32,000 nucleotides of DNA, from NCBI RefSeq assembly GCF_000020025.1, contig NC_010631.1, forward strand, positions 150,001-182,000. The letters are read 5' to 3'. The translations under genes and the position numbers were made by a program. Under the pieces are notes generated by a model. It searched no databases. It was given only the letters and a program-made list of their open reading frames with translations, and had not been told where the DNA came from. The stretch comes from Nostoc punctiforme PCC 73102 (lineage in GTDB: Bacteria; Cyanobacteriota; Cyanobacteriia; Cyanobacteriales; Nostocaceae). Positions 16,722-26,636 of this stretch are shown here, in pieces (position 1 is the first letter of the stretch; each line of letters starts with the position of its first letter).

Positions 16722-18381
16722 GTGGGAATGGGTTAAAATTCCCAACGGGGAATGGGCTGCTGTTGCTAAATACAGAGACCACAAGTTGTCTGAATATAAT
16801 ACAAATCCAATAATTCGCTCTCTTCCTCCTATCTTTTCTAGAGAGAAATTTGTTGAGTATGTGACACGACTTCCGACGTGCAAATCTTCAGAAAGAGAAC
16901 TAGAGCCTCAGTACAGATTTCACTGTATTGAGCGACTATCGAGATATTTTGACCCATTGAATAAAACCGTTGATTTACAACAGGTAGTTTGCGTATTAAT
17001 TATGCAAGGTTATCTGAGGCGAAATCCCTTGCAACCAGAATATGCACTGCGTAGCGGTCAAATTTATCAGGCGGTGCTTTCTGGAGGAGGTTTTAACTTA
17101 GAGGAGTATGTAGATGTTCCCACCTCGGCATCTGGGTTGACAATCATTGGGCCGTCAGGAATAGGCAAGACAACCAATCTCCTAAATATCCTCTCTTTAT
17201 ATCCCCAGGTGATTGTCCATCCAGCTCATAGTGTTTACCAAATTGTTTGGTTGAAAGTTGACTGTCCCCATGCCGGTTCTTTGAAGGGTTTGTGTATCGA
17301 CTTCTTCAGAGCTGTTGACAAATTACTCGGCACTAATAACTTCCAAAAATTTGGGGTAAAACGCAACTCTGAGGATTATATGCTGGCTCAAGTTGCCCAA
17401 ATTGCCCACACCCAACATTTAGGAGTTTTAGTTATCGATGAAATGCAAAATTTAGTAGCAGCCAGAAGAAATAGCTCCGAAATGTTGAATTTTTTGGTGA
17501 AAATGGACAATATTATTGGAGTCCCAGTAATTCGCGTTGGTACAAATGAGGCTTTCCCAATTCTTCAAGGTAATTTTAGAAATGCGAGAAGAGGTGTGGG
17601 AGAAGGGGGAGTAATTTGGGACAGGATGGAAAATAATCGGGAATGGAACTTTTTTATCGAAGGAATGTGGGAGTTTCAGTGGACAAAACAATATATACCG
17701 TTAACTGCAAATATTACCTCGGCTCTATATTATGAAAGCCAAGGAATTATTGATATCGTCATTAAACTCTATAAAATGGTGCAATGGAGAGCTATTGCTT
17801 TAGGGAGCGAAGTAATCACTGTTGACTTGATTCATGCTTGTGCTGCTGACGGTCTGCATCTAGTTAAACCAATGTTAGATGCTATTAGGTCTGGGGATGA
17901 GAAATGGATGATGAAATACAAAGATATTGCTCCATTGGACACAAATCTATACCGCAATAAGTGCTTAGATTCTCTTGAAGAAACAGATTTAGAAGAAGTG
18001 AGGAGATTAGCACGCTCATCACAGAGGATGGGTCACATATCAGCAACGCTACGTCATGTAATTATTGAACTGATTAATTTAGATGTTCCACCTGCTACTG
18101 CCAAGAGTTGTGCCGAAAAAGTTGTTACTCCTCATGGAGAAAATGCAGATAAAAAAGTGCTAATTAAAGAGGCTTATAAACTAGCTTTGCAATGCGGTAA
18201 TATTTCAACAGAGCCAGTTCAGCATCAAGAACGAAAAATAAAACTCCAACCGAAGTATCAGGAGAATGATATCCGAGTTATTGTTGAAAATGCGAAGAAA
18301 AATCAAACTCCAGCTTGTGAGGATTTGAAAGCTTTGGGGATTATTAAAGACCCACTCAAAGACTTTTTTATTGGTGAGTAG
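16705..18381 (+). CDS. tnsC: TnsC-like AAA+ ATPase
   Basis: 558 aa with Walker A IIGPSGIGKTT and Walker B LGVLVIDEMQNL. The start overlaps the tnsB stop by 17 nt. Confidence 0.9.
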   Translation: MNIENEWEWVKIPNGEWAAVAKYRDHKLSEYNTNPIIRSLPPIFSREKFVEYVTRLPTCKSSERELEPQYRFHCIERLSRYFDPLNKTVDLQQVVCVLIMQGYLRRNPLQPEYALRSGQIYQAVLSGGGFNLEEYVDVPTSASGLTIIGPSGIGKTTNLLNILSLYPQVIVHPAHSVYQIVWLKVDCPHAGSLKGLCIDFFRAVDKLLGTNNFQKFGVKRNSEDYMLAQVAQIAHTQHLGVLVIDEMQNLVAARRNSSEMLNFLVKMDNIIGVPVIRVGTNEAFPILQGNFRNARRGVGEGGVIWDRMENNREWNFFIEGMWEFQWTKQYIPLTANITSALYYESQGIIDIVIKLYKMVQWRAIALGSEVITVDLIHACAADGLHLVKPMLDAIRSGDEKWMMKYKDIAPLDTNLYRNKCLDSLEETDLEEVRRLARSSQRMGHISATLRHVIIELINLDVPPATAKSCAEKVVTPHGENADKKVLIKEAYKLALQCGNISTEPVQHQERKIKLQPKYQENDIRVIVENAKKNQTPACEDLKALGIIKDPLKDFFIGE

Positions 18382-18384
18382 TAT

Positions 18385-19722
18385 ATGCTCAGTTTTTTCC
18401 CTACGCCTTACCCAGATGAGATTTTATATAGCGTGTTTGCACGTTATCATGCCAGAAGTGGTAATATAAAGCCTGATGAAACGTTGCAAGAATTGTTCAA
18501 TTCCCGGAATATTATAGTTAGGCCGGACTTACCCTATAACTTAAGTTATTTAATTAAAAATCTTCCACTGCTCTCTCAACATACGTTAGAAAGTCTAATC
18601 CAAAAACATACACTGTACCCCATGTATGCAGTCTTTATGCCTGACAGCAAATCAGCTATTCTGGGTTACATGAAAGGAGAGTTGGGGACATATATTTATA
18701 GAGGAATAGCAAGCTCAGTTTATCTGCCAAAATATTTTAGGTTTTGTCCAAAATGCCTTTTTGAAAACTTGCATACATTTGGCGAGGCATATTGGCATCG
18801 ACTTCACCAAACACCTGGTGTTCTTGTCTGCACAATTCATGATGTTGTCTTAAACGATAGTATTGTACCTATCTGGAATAATCAGTGGTATCAAGTTGGT
18901 ATTGCTAGTTTGGAAAACTGTCCTATATCGAATGTAACGAAAAATTACAGTGAGTCCACTAAGGAGTTATTACGCCTAATTGCATCTGATATTGAGTGGT
19001 TAATGACCTGTGACTTCAAATCGCTTCCTTCTAAGGAATTAGATTGGTTTCATATCCAATATATAGTTTTATTGATTAAGAGGAATTTAGCGACTCTAGA
19101 CCGTCAGGTATATGAGCAAGGTTTACGACAGAAATTTTTGTCTTTTTATGGAAGTGAATTTCTTGAGGCTCTTGGTATAAATGTCAGTAACAATAACATA
19201 AATTTATTTAACATTTTTCGATTGCATTTGGAGGTTTTTGACCCGGTAATGCATCTGCTAATGATTAGATTTTTGAGGCATTCGCCTTCAACGTTTTTTG
19301 CTCGGAAATCTAAATATAAACCTTTTGGTAAGGGGCCTTGGCTTTGTCTAAATCCTGCTTGCGAACACTATCTCCATTCTGTGGTTACGAAGTTAGTGAT
19401 GCTTTTAAGCAATGATCTAGATTCGACCTATTCTTATATAAAAAATCCTATAGGGACTTTTGAGTGTGATTGCGGTTTTCAATATAGTAAGATTGGCGTG
19501 AATTTGACTAAAGTTGATAAGTTTCGATTTGAAAGAATCGTGACGTTTGGTCAATTATGGGAACAAAAGTATTTGGAATTAAATGTTGTTGATAGACTAA
19601 ATTTTCAGCAAGCTGCGTACAACCTTAGTTTTAATTATAGCAAGAGTCCAATGACTATGTTGCGTAAGCTAGAAGCTTTGTGGAAGTCTTTGAATGATAG
19701 TGTAGAAAAAGACGCCGGTTAA
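18385..19722 (+). CDS. tnsD: TnsD/TniQ-family target-selection protein
   Basis: 445 aa. The N-terminus FPTPYPDEILYSVFARYHARSG is the TniQ signature. A CCCH-type zinc finger follows (CPKC...C.IH). It starts 3 nt after the tnsC stop. Confidence 0.88.
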   Translation: MLSFFPTPYPDEILYSVFARYHARSGNIKPDETLQELFNSRNIIVRPDLPYNLSYLIKNLPLLSQHTLESLIQKHTLYPMYAVFMPDSKSAILGYMKGELGTYIYRGIASSVYLPKYFRFCPKCLFENLHTFGEAYWHRLHQTPGVLVCTIHDVVLNDSIVPIWNNQWYQVGIASLENCPISNVTKNYSESTKELLRLIASDIEWLMTCDFKSLPSKELDWFHIQYIVLLIKRNLATLDRQVYEQGLRQKFLSFYGSEFLEALGINVSNNNINLFNIFRLHLEVFDPVMHLLMIRFLRHSPSTFFARKSKYKPFGKGPWLCLNPACEHYLHSVVTKLVMLLSNDLDSTYSYIKNPIGTFECDCGFQYSKIGVNLTKVDKFRFERIVTFGQLWEQKYLELNVVDRLNFQQAAYNLSFNYSKSPMTMLRKLEALWKSLNDSVEKDAG

Positions 19723-19730
19723 TCAGACTC

Positions 19731-19904
19731 TATATTGTTGAACTTTTTTATTCAACTTTCTCGACCTGCGCTCTTCTACATTGGTAAACTGAACTCAACT
19801 GAGGACAGTTATTGTTCAACTTTATTTTTCTGGCATCTGTGATGGATAACCAAAAATTAAGGGTTGTAGCTCTTGAAATTGTTGAACTTTATTATTCCTC
19901 TACA
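19731..19904. repeat. Element A tniQ-distal end with repeated putative TnsB-binding sites
   Basis: ATTGTTsAACTTT-type motifs occur near 19736, 19811 and 19878, and the region ends in CCTCTACA. Confidence 0.8.
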
Positions 19905-19976
19905 CTTGATATACATGTGACTGTAACTGTGACTTACACCATAAGTTGTCCGTAACGGACAGCTTATGGTTAAAAA

Positions 19977-20684
19977 TTATCCAAAGTTTGTAGGCGGCAA
20001 AAATTGCGAGGGTTCTTTAGCAACCAGATCCTCGACATCATCGAACCACATAAACTGCCAAGTCAGTCTGTCTCTGCGATGAGAGGAAACATCTCCTATC
20101 AACAGATGCTGCCATGAATTTTCTGAGTTTTCAGCCACTACCTGTTCATCAAGGTTTTGGTTGATTCTAAAACCACCTAACCATAGATGACAGCTTGAGC
20201 AATATCCTGGACGAGAACATCTAGTCAACGGTGGAAACTGCTTGTCACAGTGAGGACACTGCTCAATCAGAGTTTGATGTTCGTGGTGGGGGCAAAATTT
20301 GATTGTGTTGACTAACCACAGCAGTGGATTGTAGATTATTCGATTCTGGGTACGCCAACTGGCGTAACACAATGGACACCAAGCTTGGTACAAGCGCAGA
20401 AAACTAAACTCAAAGGTCAAACTTGCCCACTTTAGGGGTGACAAATTAGCTAAATCTCGACGTAAAGTTAACTCCTCAAGAACCTGAATTAGAGTTGTAG
20501 CAAAAATACCTCTGATTTCATTTGCAGATGCTAAAGAGTGGTGAATTCCAAAAAAATTATTAATGATGTCTATGGGACTTGTTTGAGACATTTTTTGCCC
20601 CATCAAGGGAAGAATCTGAGACAAAATTAATTGTTCGGTAGTAGTAGAATGATGTTCAGCAAGACGAGCTACATACCCGCTCAA
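19977..20684 (-). pseudogene. tniQ: tniQ remnant of element B (N- and C-terminally truncated)
   Basis: It aligns to residues ~40-250 of the element-C TniQ (YVARLAEHHS..., WCPLCY, CPHH...CPHCDKQF, GYCSSCHLWLGG). The ~270 C-terminal residues are missing, and the stop lies 49 bp from the element tip. Confidence 0.8.
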
Positions 20685-21024
20685 GCTTTCTACGTAGATT
20701 GTACCAATACCAATAGGCTTCTGCTGGAATTGCTTCTATTCCTGCAACTGGAATTTGGCAGGTATTGTAACTCATGGATGTTAATGCCTCTTCCAATAAC
20801 AGTTTTTCGGCTCGCAGCCTTAAAGTCGTTTTGCCCACACCTGCCGGTCCAACAACAAACAGAACACAAATATCTGTTTGTTGTTGAAGATTGATTAATA
20901 AAGCATCTAAAGCTTGCCTTAAACGTAAATGTCCAACTGTAATGTTATGAAAATAGTCCAACCGCTCTGTTGAGGATTTTGTTAGTAATTCTTGTGGAAA
21001 TGGACGTTGGAAATTCATTACCAC
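20656..21024 (-). pseudogene. tnsC: tnsC remnant of element B (first ~100 codons only)
   Basis: It matches the element-C TnsC up to VAGIEAIP, including Walker A GPAGVGKTTL. The reading then continues, in another frame, into tniQ sequence (PIGIGTIYVESLSGYVARL). This indicates an internal deletion of roughly 0.9 kb. Confidence 0.85.
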
Positions 21025-23740
21025 AGCTCCTGTTGAGAGTACGGTTGGATTCGCCTGGGATTAATTTCTTGAGCCTCTAATTTATTTGGCAGTCTTAGTT
21101 CTTCTGTAATATTATTTTTAATATCGGCTAAATCTTCTTTAACAACAGATTGTGCTTGTTTCACTATTTTAGAAGACACAATTTGACGAACTCCAGTTGC
21201 TGCCAAATCTCGTAATCGTTGTATTTGTAAAGTCTCTTGAGCTTCGGCTGATTCTAGATACTGTGCTAAGTCCTTAGCCTTAATTGTGACTTTCTGGTTG
21301 TACTGCTTTTTCTGCTGACGTATTTCGATGCTAGCAAGCCGAATTTCTCGTTCAGAATGTCCTTGTAACGATGAATAATGTTGTGAAATACAACGCACCC
21401 AAGCATTTTTGACATAGGCATAAGCCGTACCCACATCCCAGGGATCATATCTAATAGGTACTTGGGTTCCTTCAACTTCAGGATGGAGAAAAGAATCATC
21501 TATTGACCAGTAGTAAATATGGTTAACTTTTACCCCAAGCTTTGGTATAACTTTGGCGCTTCCTTTTGGAGTTGATGGCAAAGTAAAAATCTGAAAATTT
21601 TCATCATTAATAATTCTTTGACCAAAGCGCATTCCACTTTGAGTTAAGCCCTTTTCAAATGCAACACATGGTGATTGTCCTAGTGCAGGATGTTCTCTCT
21701 GGTCATAAATTACATAAATATATTCACAAAAATACTCATATATTTCCGGTAACGTCCATACAGCTTGTGCCTTTGGATTATTCGTCTTATTCACTAAGCG
21801 AATTTGCTTTGTAATTTGGGTGTTTCCTTTCAGGTTGTAGAAGAATTCAGTATGACTGGTGCCAAAAAAACGTTCAATTATTGAACCAAATCTAGGACTA
21901 GCAACAGGGCGTTGTTTCTTTATACAACCAAATGCTGCTAAAAGAGTTTCAAAGTAAATACTGCCAAATTCTACACCGTTATCTACTACCAAAGTTTCTG
22001 GTAACCGCCCTAGTCTCTGTACGCAAATTCGTACACCATCATGCAGGAGCGATAGGACGGCGGGTCAAAAGTCAAATAGATAGCTAAAATACGCCGGGAA
22101 AAAGCATCAATCAAAACGGTTGCCCAAGGTCTACCCAAACAACATCCTGTCCTTTGGCAAACTAACTCAATATCTAACTCGGTATGGTCAATGTGACAAA
22201 TTTCAAAGGGACGACTTCCGTGGCAAGGTGTCGAGAACGTTAATTCATGATAAAACGAGCTTTTTTGGTAAGCTGCTCGATTTCCTTGCCTCTTACGAGT
22301 TTGTCTATGATCTGCTCTACTGTTGATCCGCTTGTAAAACGTAGTACGGCTGGGGCAAGGGTCTGTTTTTCCCGCTTTTTCCCATTCTCTTGCCAGAATA
22401 CCGTAAGTTGTCAGTTTATTTCTCTGTTTAAAATTCTCGTAATGCTGCTCAATAATTTTATCGATGAACTCCCAAGTTTGATCTGAAAATCGCTCAACAC
22501 GGTTTCCTTTGTCTTTACGATTTGGCAACAAACCAATGTAACCCCAACCATAGGTTTCCTCTGCGGAATGATATTTGGCTTTCCATCTGCGAATTGTTCG
22601 CTCAGACACAGGACTATTGGTTGGCGGATCTTTATGCAGATATGGTTCAATGATTTTCTGACGGTAGTTAGCTACGGCTAAGTCTTCTGGGCTAGCGCAT
22701 TTTAGCTGTTCCCAAATTTGAGTTGATTTTACTCCTTGAGCTTCAATGCCAGTAATTTCTTTTTGTGAAATTAGTGTTTCAAAGTCTGCATGGCTTAACC
22801 CAATTAGATGATTTTCACCTTGCAAAACAATTTTTTTCTCTCCAATCTGAATTACAGATAAACTTTTTCCATCCCAGAACACCGTTGCACCAACCACCAC
22901 ATCAATCTGTTGCCCCTTATCGAGGGTGGCAGCAGCCTTTTTAGACATGATTAAGTTATAAGCTTCTGCTACCTGCTGGCTACTAAACAGATGAACTTTT
23001 TCTGGTTCACTCAACCCTATGCCTTTCAAATCTACATATAACTGCTTTGTTGCAATCAAGGCATAAATATCATCTACCCAACTGGTACTTGTTGATGAGA
23101 GTAATTGTTTCAGGGTCATCCCCGGATTAGCTGTAACAGATTCAATAATTTTTGTCCTTGCTTCTGGATTAACTATATTCTCTTGGCTCAAGTAAACTCT
23201 GAGAAACTGATGGTTGCGGTAAGCAATCCAGTTTATTTCCTGATCTGTACGAAGGTGATAGTAAAGCCCCAATGATTGAACTTTAGTTTCTACCGGTGGA
23301 GCCTGCCATTTACCATTTTCGTTTTGTTGATACCTTGTGGGTTGTTTGTGAGTGAGTGTTTTGAGACGTTCGCTAGTTTTCCATTCTTCAAACCCTGCAC
23401 AGTTATGCCGAATCACTAAGAAATCAGGAATATGACTCGTCACCACCCTACGCCCGCTTTTCGACTCAAATGATATGCTTAGACGAACTGGTTGGTCATA
23501 GTACTCCAGAACATCTTCGTCGTTTTCGTACTTTACGATCGCAGGCAATTCTACTTTGTGGGACTCAAACTGAATCGTTTTTCCCATTTTGTGGCTTGGG
23601 TAGCTACCACAAACATTTTTCGTCCCGCCACCTACTTTCCTTACAGGCTCCGAACAACGGATTTGCTGTACAAATTCTTTTGTCGTCTCTGGTAAACCGA
23701 GCCGATGACACCATTGTTCAAATTCTTGGTCACTGAGCAT
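21018..23740 (-). pseudogene. tnsB: tnsAB-type transposase gene of element B, disrupted by a 1-nt frameshift
   Basis: ORFs 22010-23740 and 21018-21992 are colinear with the element-C protein. At about 22033 the frame breaks: ...CMMV then, in the -1 frame, RICVQRLGRLPETLVVDNGVEFG. Compared with element C (gtattaaga versus gtgtacgaa), one T appears to be missing. Confidence 0.85.
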
Positions 23741-24026
23741 ACAGAAATCTGTAACTTTCGGACTGTTTATGCTTGAATAATGAACTTTCGGTCACTTTAT
23801 CATTTCAAAACACTACTTTTACTGTTCGGCTACTAAACGTAATAATCCGCTTTTGGACTTCTATTTGTCACTTAAAGGATATTGTGGCCGTTTTTAAACC
23901 ATAAAGTGGCCGCAGTCATCTGAACTGGTAAGTATAAATATTTATATCAATAAAAGACTGTTTAACTGGCGAAAGCCTAGATTTGTGGTAAGAGCTTGTT
24001 GCGGCTTTAAAAGCTTGGGGGCCAAT

Positions 24027-26636
24027 ATGTTGAGCGACCAAGAGTTTAATGATTGGTGTCGCGGCGTAAATTTACCACAAGAGGCTAGGCAATTAATTTC
24101 CCAAATCCGTGCCTCTGAACCAATTCGGCGAGTCAAAAGCAGTGGTATAAATGTCCGGGGCGACTACGCCAGTCGCAAAATGGGAAAAACTATTCAATTT
24201 GAGTCCCATAAAATTGAATTGCCAGGTGTAGAGGAGTACGAAGAAGACGCAGATGTACTCGAATACTACGACCAAGCATATCAAATTACTCTAGAATTCC
24301 CCTCAAGCAGTGGGGAAATAATCAAAGCTTCGCATATACCAGACTTTTTCGTAATTCGGAAGCGGAGTGCAGGTTTTGAAGAGTGGAAACCAGAATCAAG
24401 ATTAGAAAAATTAGCAGCTAAACAATCACAACGTTATATGCGTTCAGAAGATGGGCAGTGGTTAAACCTGCCAGCAGTTGCTTATGCAGAAAAATTAGGA
24501 CTGTATTACCGAATTCGGTTAGATACAGAAATTGATTGGATTAAATACAGAAATCGACTATTTCTCAAAGCCTATACTACTGAAGATTACCAAATTGACC
24601 CAGAAATAGCTGAAAATTTGGTGAAGTTAATTAGCTTAAATCCGGGCATAAGTTATTGGGAAATGATTCATACTCAACAGAGCAATCCTGATGACATAAA
24701 TGCTTTAATAGCTACAAAAAAAATTTACATTAATTTGAGTGCCGCACCCTTAGCAGAGCCAGAAAAAGTACAGCTTTTCCGTGACCAAGAAATCGCGGTA
24801 GCTTATGTACAAATGATAAAATCGCAACCGAATAATGGAACGATTCTGAATATTTTAGATGTTAAACCCAATCAACTGGAACGTAAAACTCATAATCAAG
24901 TAAAAATGTCTCCAAAAGCAATGGAGCGTTTTTTGAGAGCTAGTCCTGAAGACTTGGCAGAAGCTAACCGAAGATATGAAGTAATTGAACCTTATCTTAA
25001 TGACAGTTATAGAGATAAAGAAACTGTTCCACAACGTACTATTCGCAGATGGAAGGCTAAGTTTATAGCAGCACAAAAGGCGTACAAATGTGGTTATATT
25101 GGGCTGCTAAATAACTCTAATGCTAGAGGCAATCGCTTACCCAGAATTTCTCAATCGTCTCAAGATTTCATTGACAAAATAATTGAAGAATATTATGAAA
25201 CTTTTCAACAAAGAAGCAAACTAGCTGTTTATGGAATTCTAGCAAGAGAATGGGAGAAAGCAGGTCTAACAGATAAGCTGCCTAGCTACGCTACATTTTG
25301 TTCTAGAATTCAACATCGTTCTGGTTATAGGCAAACAAAAAAACGTAAGGGAAACAGAGCAGCTTATCAACAATCTTTATTGTATTGGGAGTTGAAATTA
25401 ACCACACCATGTCATGGCGACCGTCCATTTGAGATAGCACACATTGACCATACGCAACTGGATATTGAGTTAGTATGCTCCCGAACAGGTTATCTTCTTG
25501 GTAGACCTTGGGCAACTCTGTTAATCGATGCTTACAGCCGACGTATTCTCGCAGTTTACCTAACTTTTGACGAGCCAAGCTACCGTAGTTGCATGATGGT
25601 ATTAAGAATCTGCGTACAGCGATTTGAGAAATTACCAGAGACAATAGTTGTTGACGGTGGGACAGAATTTAGTAGTACATACTTTGAGACCTTGTTAGCG
25701 GCTTTTGAATGTACCAAAAAGCAGCGACCAGCTGCGAAAGCCAGATTTGGTTCAATTATTGAACGTATTTTTGGAACTACAAATACAGAGTTTTTTTATA
25801 ATCTTAGAGGCAACACTCAAATTACTAAGAATGTCCGCCAAGTCACGAAATCAAATAATCCCAAAAATCAAGCTGTTTGGACACTAGATCAACTCTACGA
25901 AAACTTTTGTTCATATTGTTACGAATTCTATGATTGCAGAGAACATCCAACATTAGGACAAAGCCCACGTCAAACTTTTATGTCAGGGCTAAATTCAAGT
26001 GGTTATCGCCCTCAGAAACAGATTATTTATGATGATAATTTTAAGATTTTTACCTTACCTTCTACACCTAAAGGAACTGCAAAAGTTCAACCAAGTAGAG
26101 GCGTGAAAATTAATTATCTCTACTATTGGTCAATTGATGATTCGTTCATAAGACCAGAAATTGAAGGAACTAATGTACCTATTCGTTACGACCCTTTTGA
26201 TATGGGGACTGCTTATGCTTACGTTAAGGGACGTTGGATACGCTGTATTTCTGAACATTACAAATCCTTCCAAAATCGTTCCGAAAAAGAAGTGAACATA
26301 GCCAGCACACAATTACGTCGAAAAAGGCAGAAACACGCTCAAAGAATTACTCTATCTGCCCAAGAAAAAGCTACATATTTAGAAGGAACTGAAGCCCAAG
26401 AAACTTTGTTATTACAACGCTTACATGATTTAGCACAACAAGATATTTGGGTTTTAATTGAAAAAAGCTCAGTTATTGAAAGTAAATTAAGTAAACACAA
26501 TTATTCAGCTAATGTTCAAGATGTAGATAAAAATATTTTGGCAGGTTCAGAAAGCATTAAAAAGCCAAAATCATCAGCAAAAAAATTAATAGATTTAACC
26601 AAAATAGAAGCTTACAATACAGAGGAGCTATGGTAA
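24027..26636 (+). CDS. tnsB: Transposase with TnsA-like nuclease N-terminal domain fused to a TnsB-like DDE domain
   Basis: I take the start at ATG 24027 (MLSDQEF, as in the element-B homolog). The N-terminal region QFESHKIELP...VLEYYDQ...SHIPDFFVIRKRSAGFEEWK has an E...PDF...ExK layout. The DDE core is AHIDHTQLD, LLIDAYSRRILAVYLTF, VVDGGTEFSS. Confidence 0.9.
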   Translation: MLSDQEFNDWCRGVNLPQEARQLISQIRASEPIRRVKSSGINVRGDYASRKMGKTIQFESHKIELPGVEEYEEDADVLEYYDQAYQITLEFPSSSGEIIKASHIPDFFVIRKRSAGFEEWKPESRLEKLAAKQSQRYMRSEDGQWLNLPAVAYAEKLGLYYRIRLDTEIDWIKYRNRLFLKAYTTEDYQIDPEIAENLVKLISLNPGISYWEMIHTQQSNPDDINALIATKKIYINLSAAPLAEPEKVQLFRDQEIAVAYVQMIKSQPNNGTILNILDVKPNQLERKTHNQVKMSPKAMERFLRASPEDLAEANRRYEVIEPYLNDSYRDKETVPQRTIRRWKAKFIAAQKAYKCGYIGLLNNSNARGNRLPRISQSSQDFIDKIIEEYYETFQQRSKLAVYGILAREWEKAGLTDKLPSYATFCSRIQHRSGYRQTKKRKGNRAAYQQSLLYWELKLTTPCHGDRPFEIAHIDHTQLDIELVCSRTGYLLGRPWATLLIDAYSRRILAVYLTFDEPSYRSCMMVLRICVQRFEKLPETIVVDGGTEFSSTYFETLLAAFECTKKQRPAAKARFGSIIERIFGTTNTEFFYNLRGNTQITKNVRQVTKSNNPKNQAVWTLDQLYENFCSYCYEFYDCREHPTLGQSPRQTFMSGLNSSGYRPQKQIIYDDNFKIFTLPSTPKGTAKVQPSRGVKINYLYYWSIDDSFIRPEIEGTNVPIRYDPFDMGTAYAYVKGRWIRCISEHYKSFQNRSEKEVNIASTQLRRKRQKHAQRITLSAQEKATYLEGTEAQETLLLQRLHDLAQQDIWVLIEKSSVIESKLSKHNYSANVQDVDKNILAGSESIKKPKSSAKKLIDLTKIEAYNTEELW

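Larger units (their letters stand above)
13198..19904 (+). mobile_element. Tn7-like transposon A (tnsA-tnsB-tnsC-tnsD/tniQ, no cargo), left end interrupted by a mini-element
   Basis: Tips are 5'-TGTAGAGGAATAA... at 13198 and ...TTATTCCTCTACA-3' at 19904. With the 13219-13555 insert removed, the terminal inverted repeat matches at 26 of 27 positions (TGTAGAGGAATAAwAAAGTTCAACAAT). AAAGTyCwACAAT-type sites are repeated subterminally at both ends. Four core genes are co-oriented with overlapping or adjacent stop and start codons. Confidence 0.9.

Noticed and set aside
20631-24284. Small ORFs overlapping the transposase genes (e.g. 20631-20894, 22120-22326, 22247-22486, 23470-23736, 23942-24136, 24093-24284)
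   Set aside because: They are antisense or out of frame within regions that align to homologous transposition proteins, or they lie in transposon end repeats. They are spurious.
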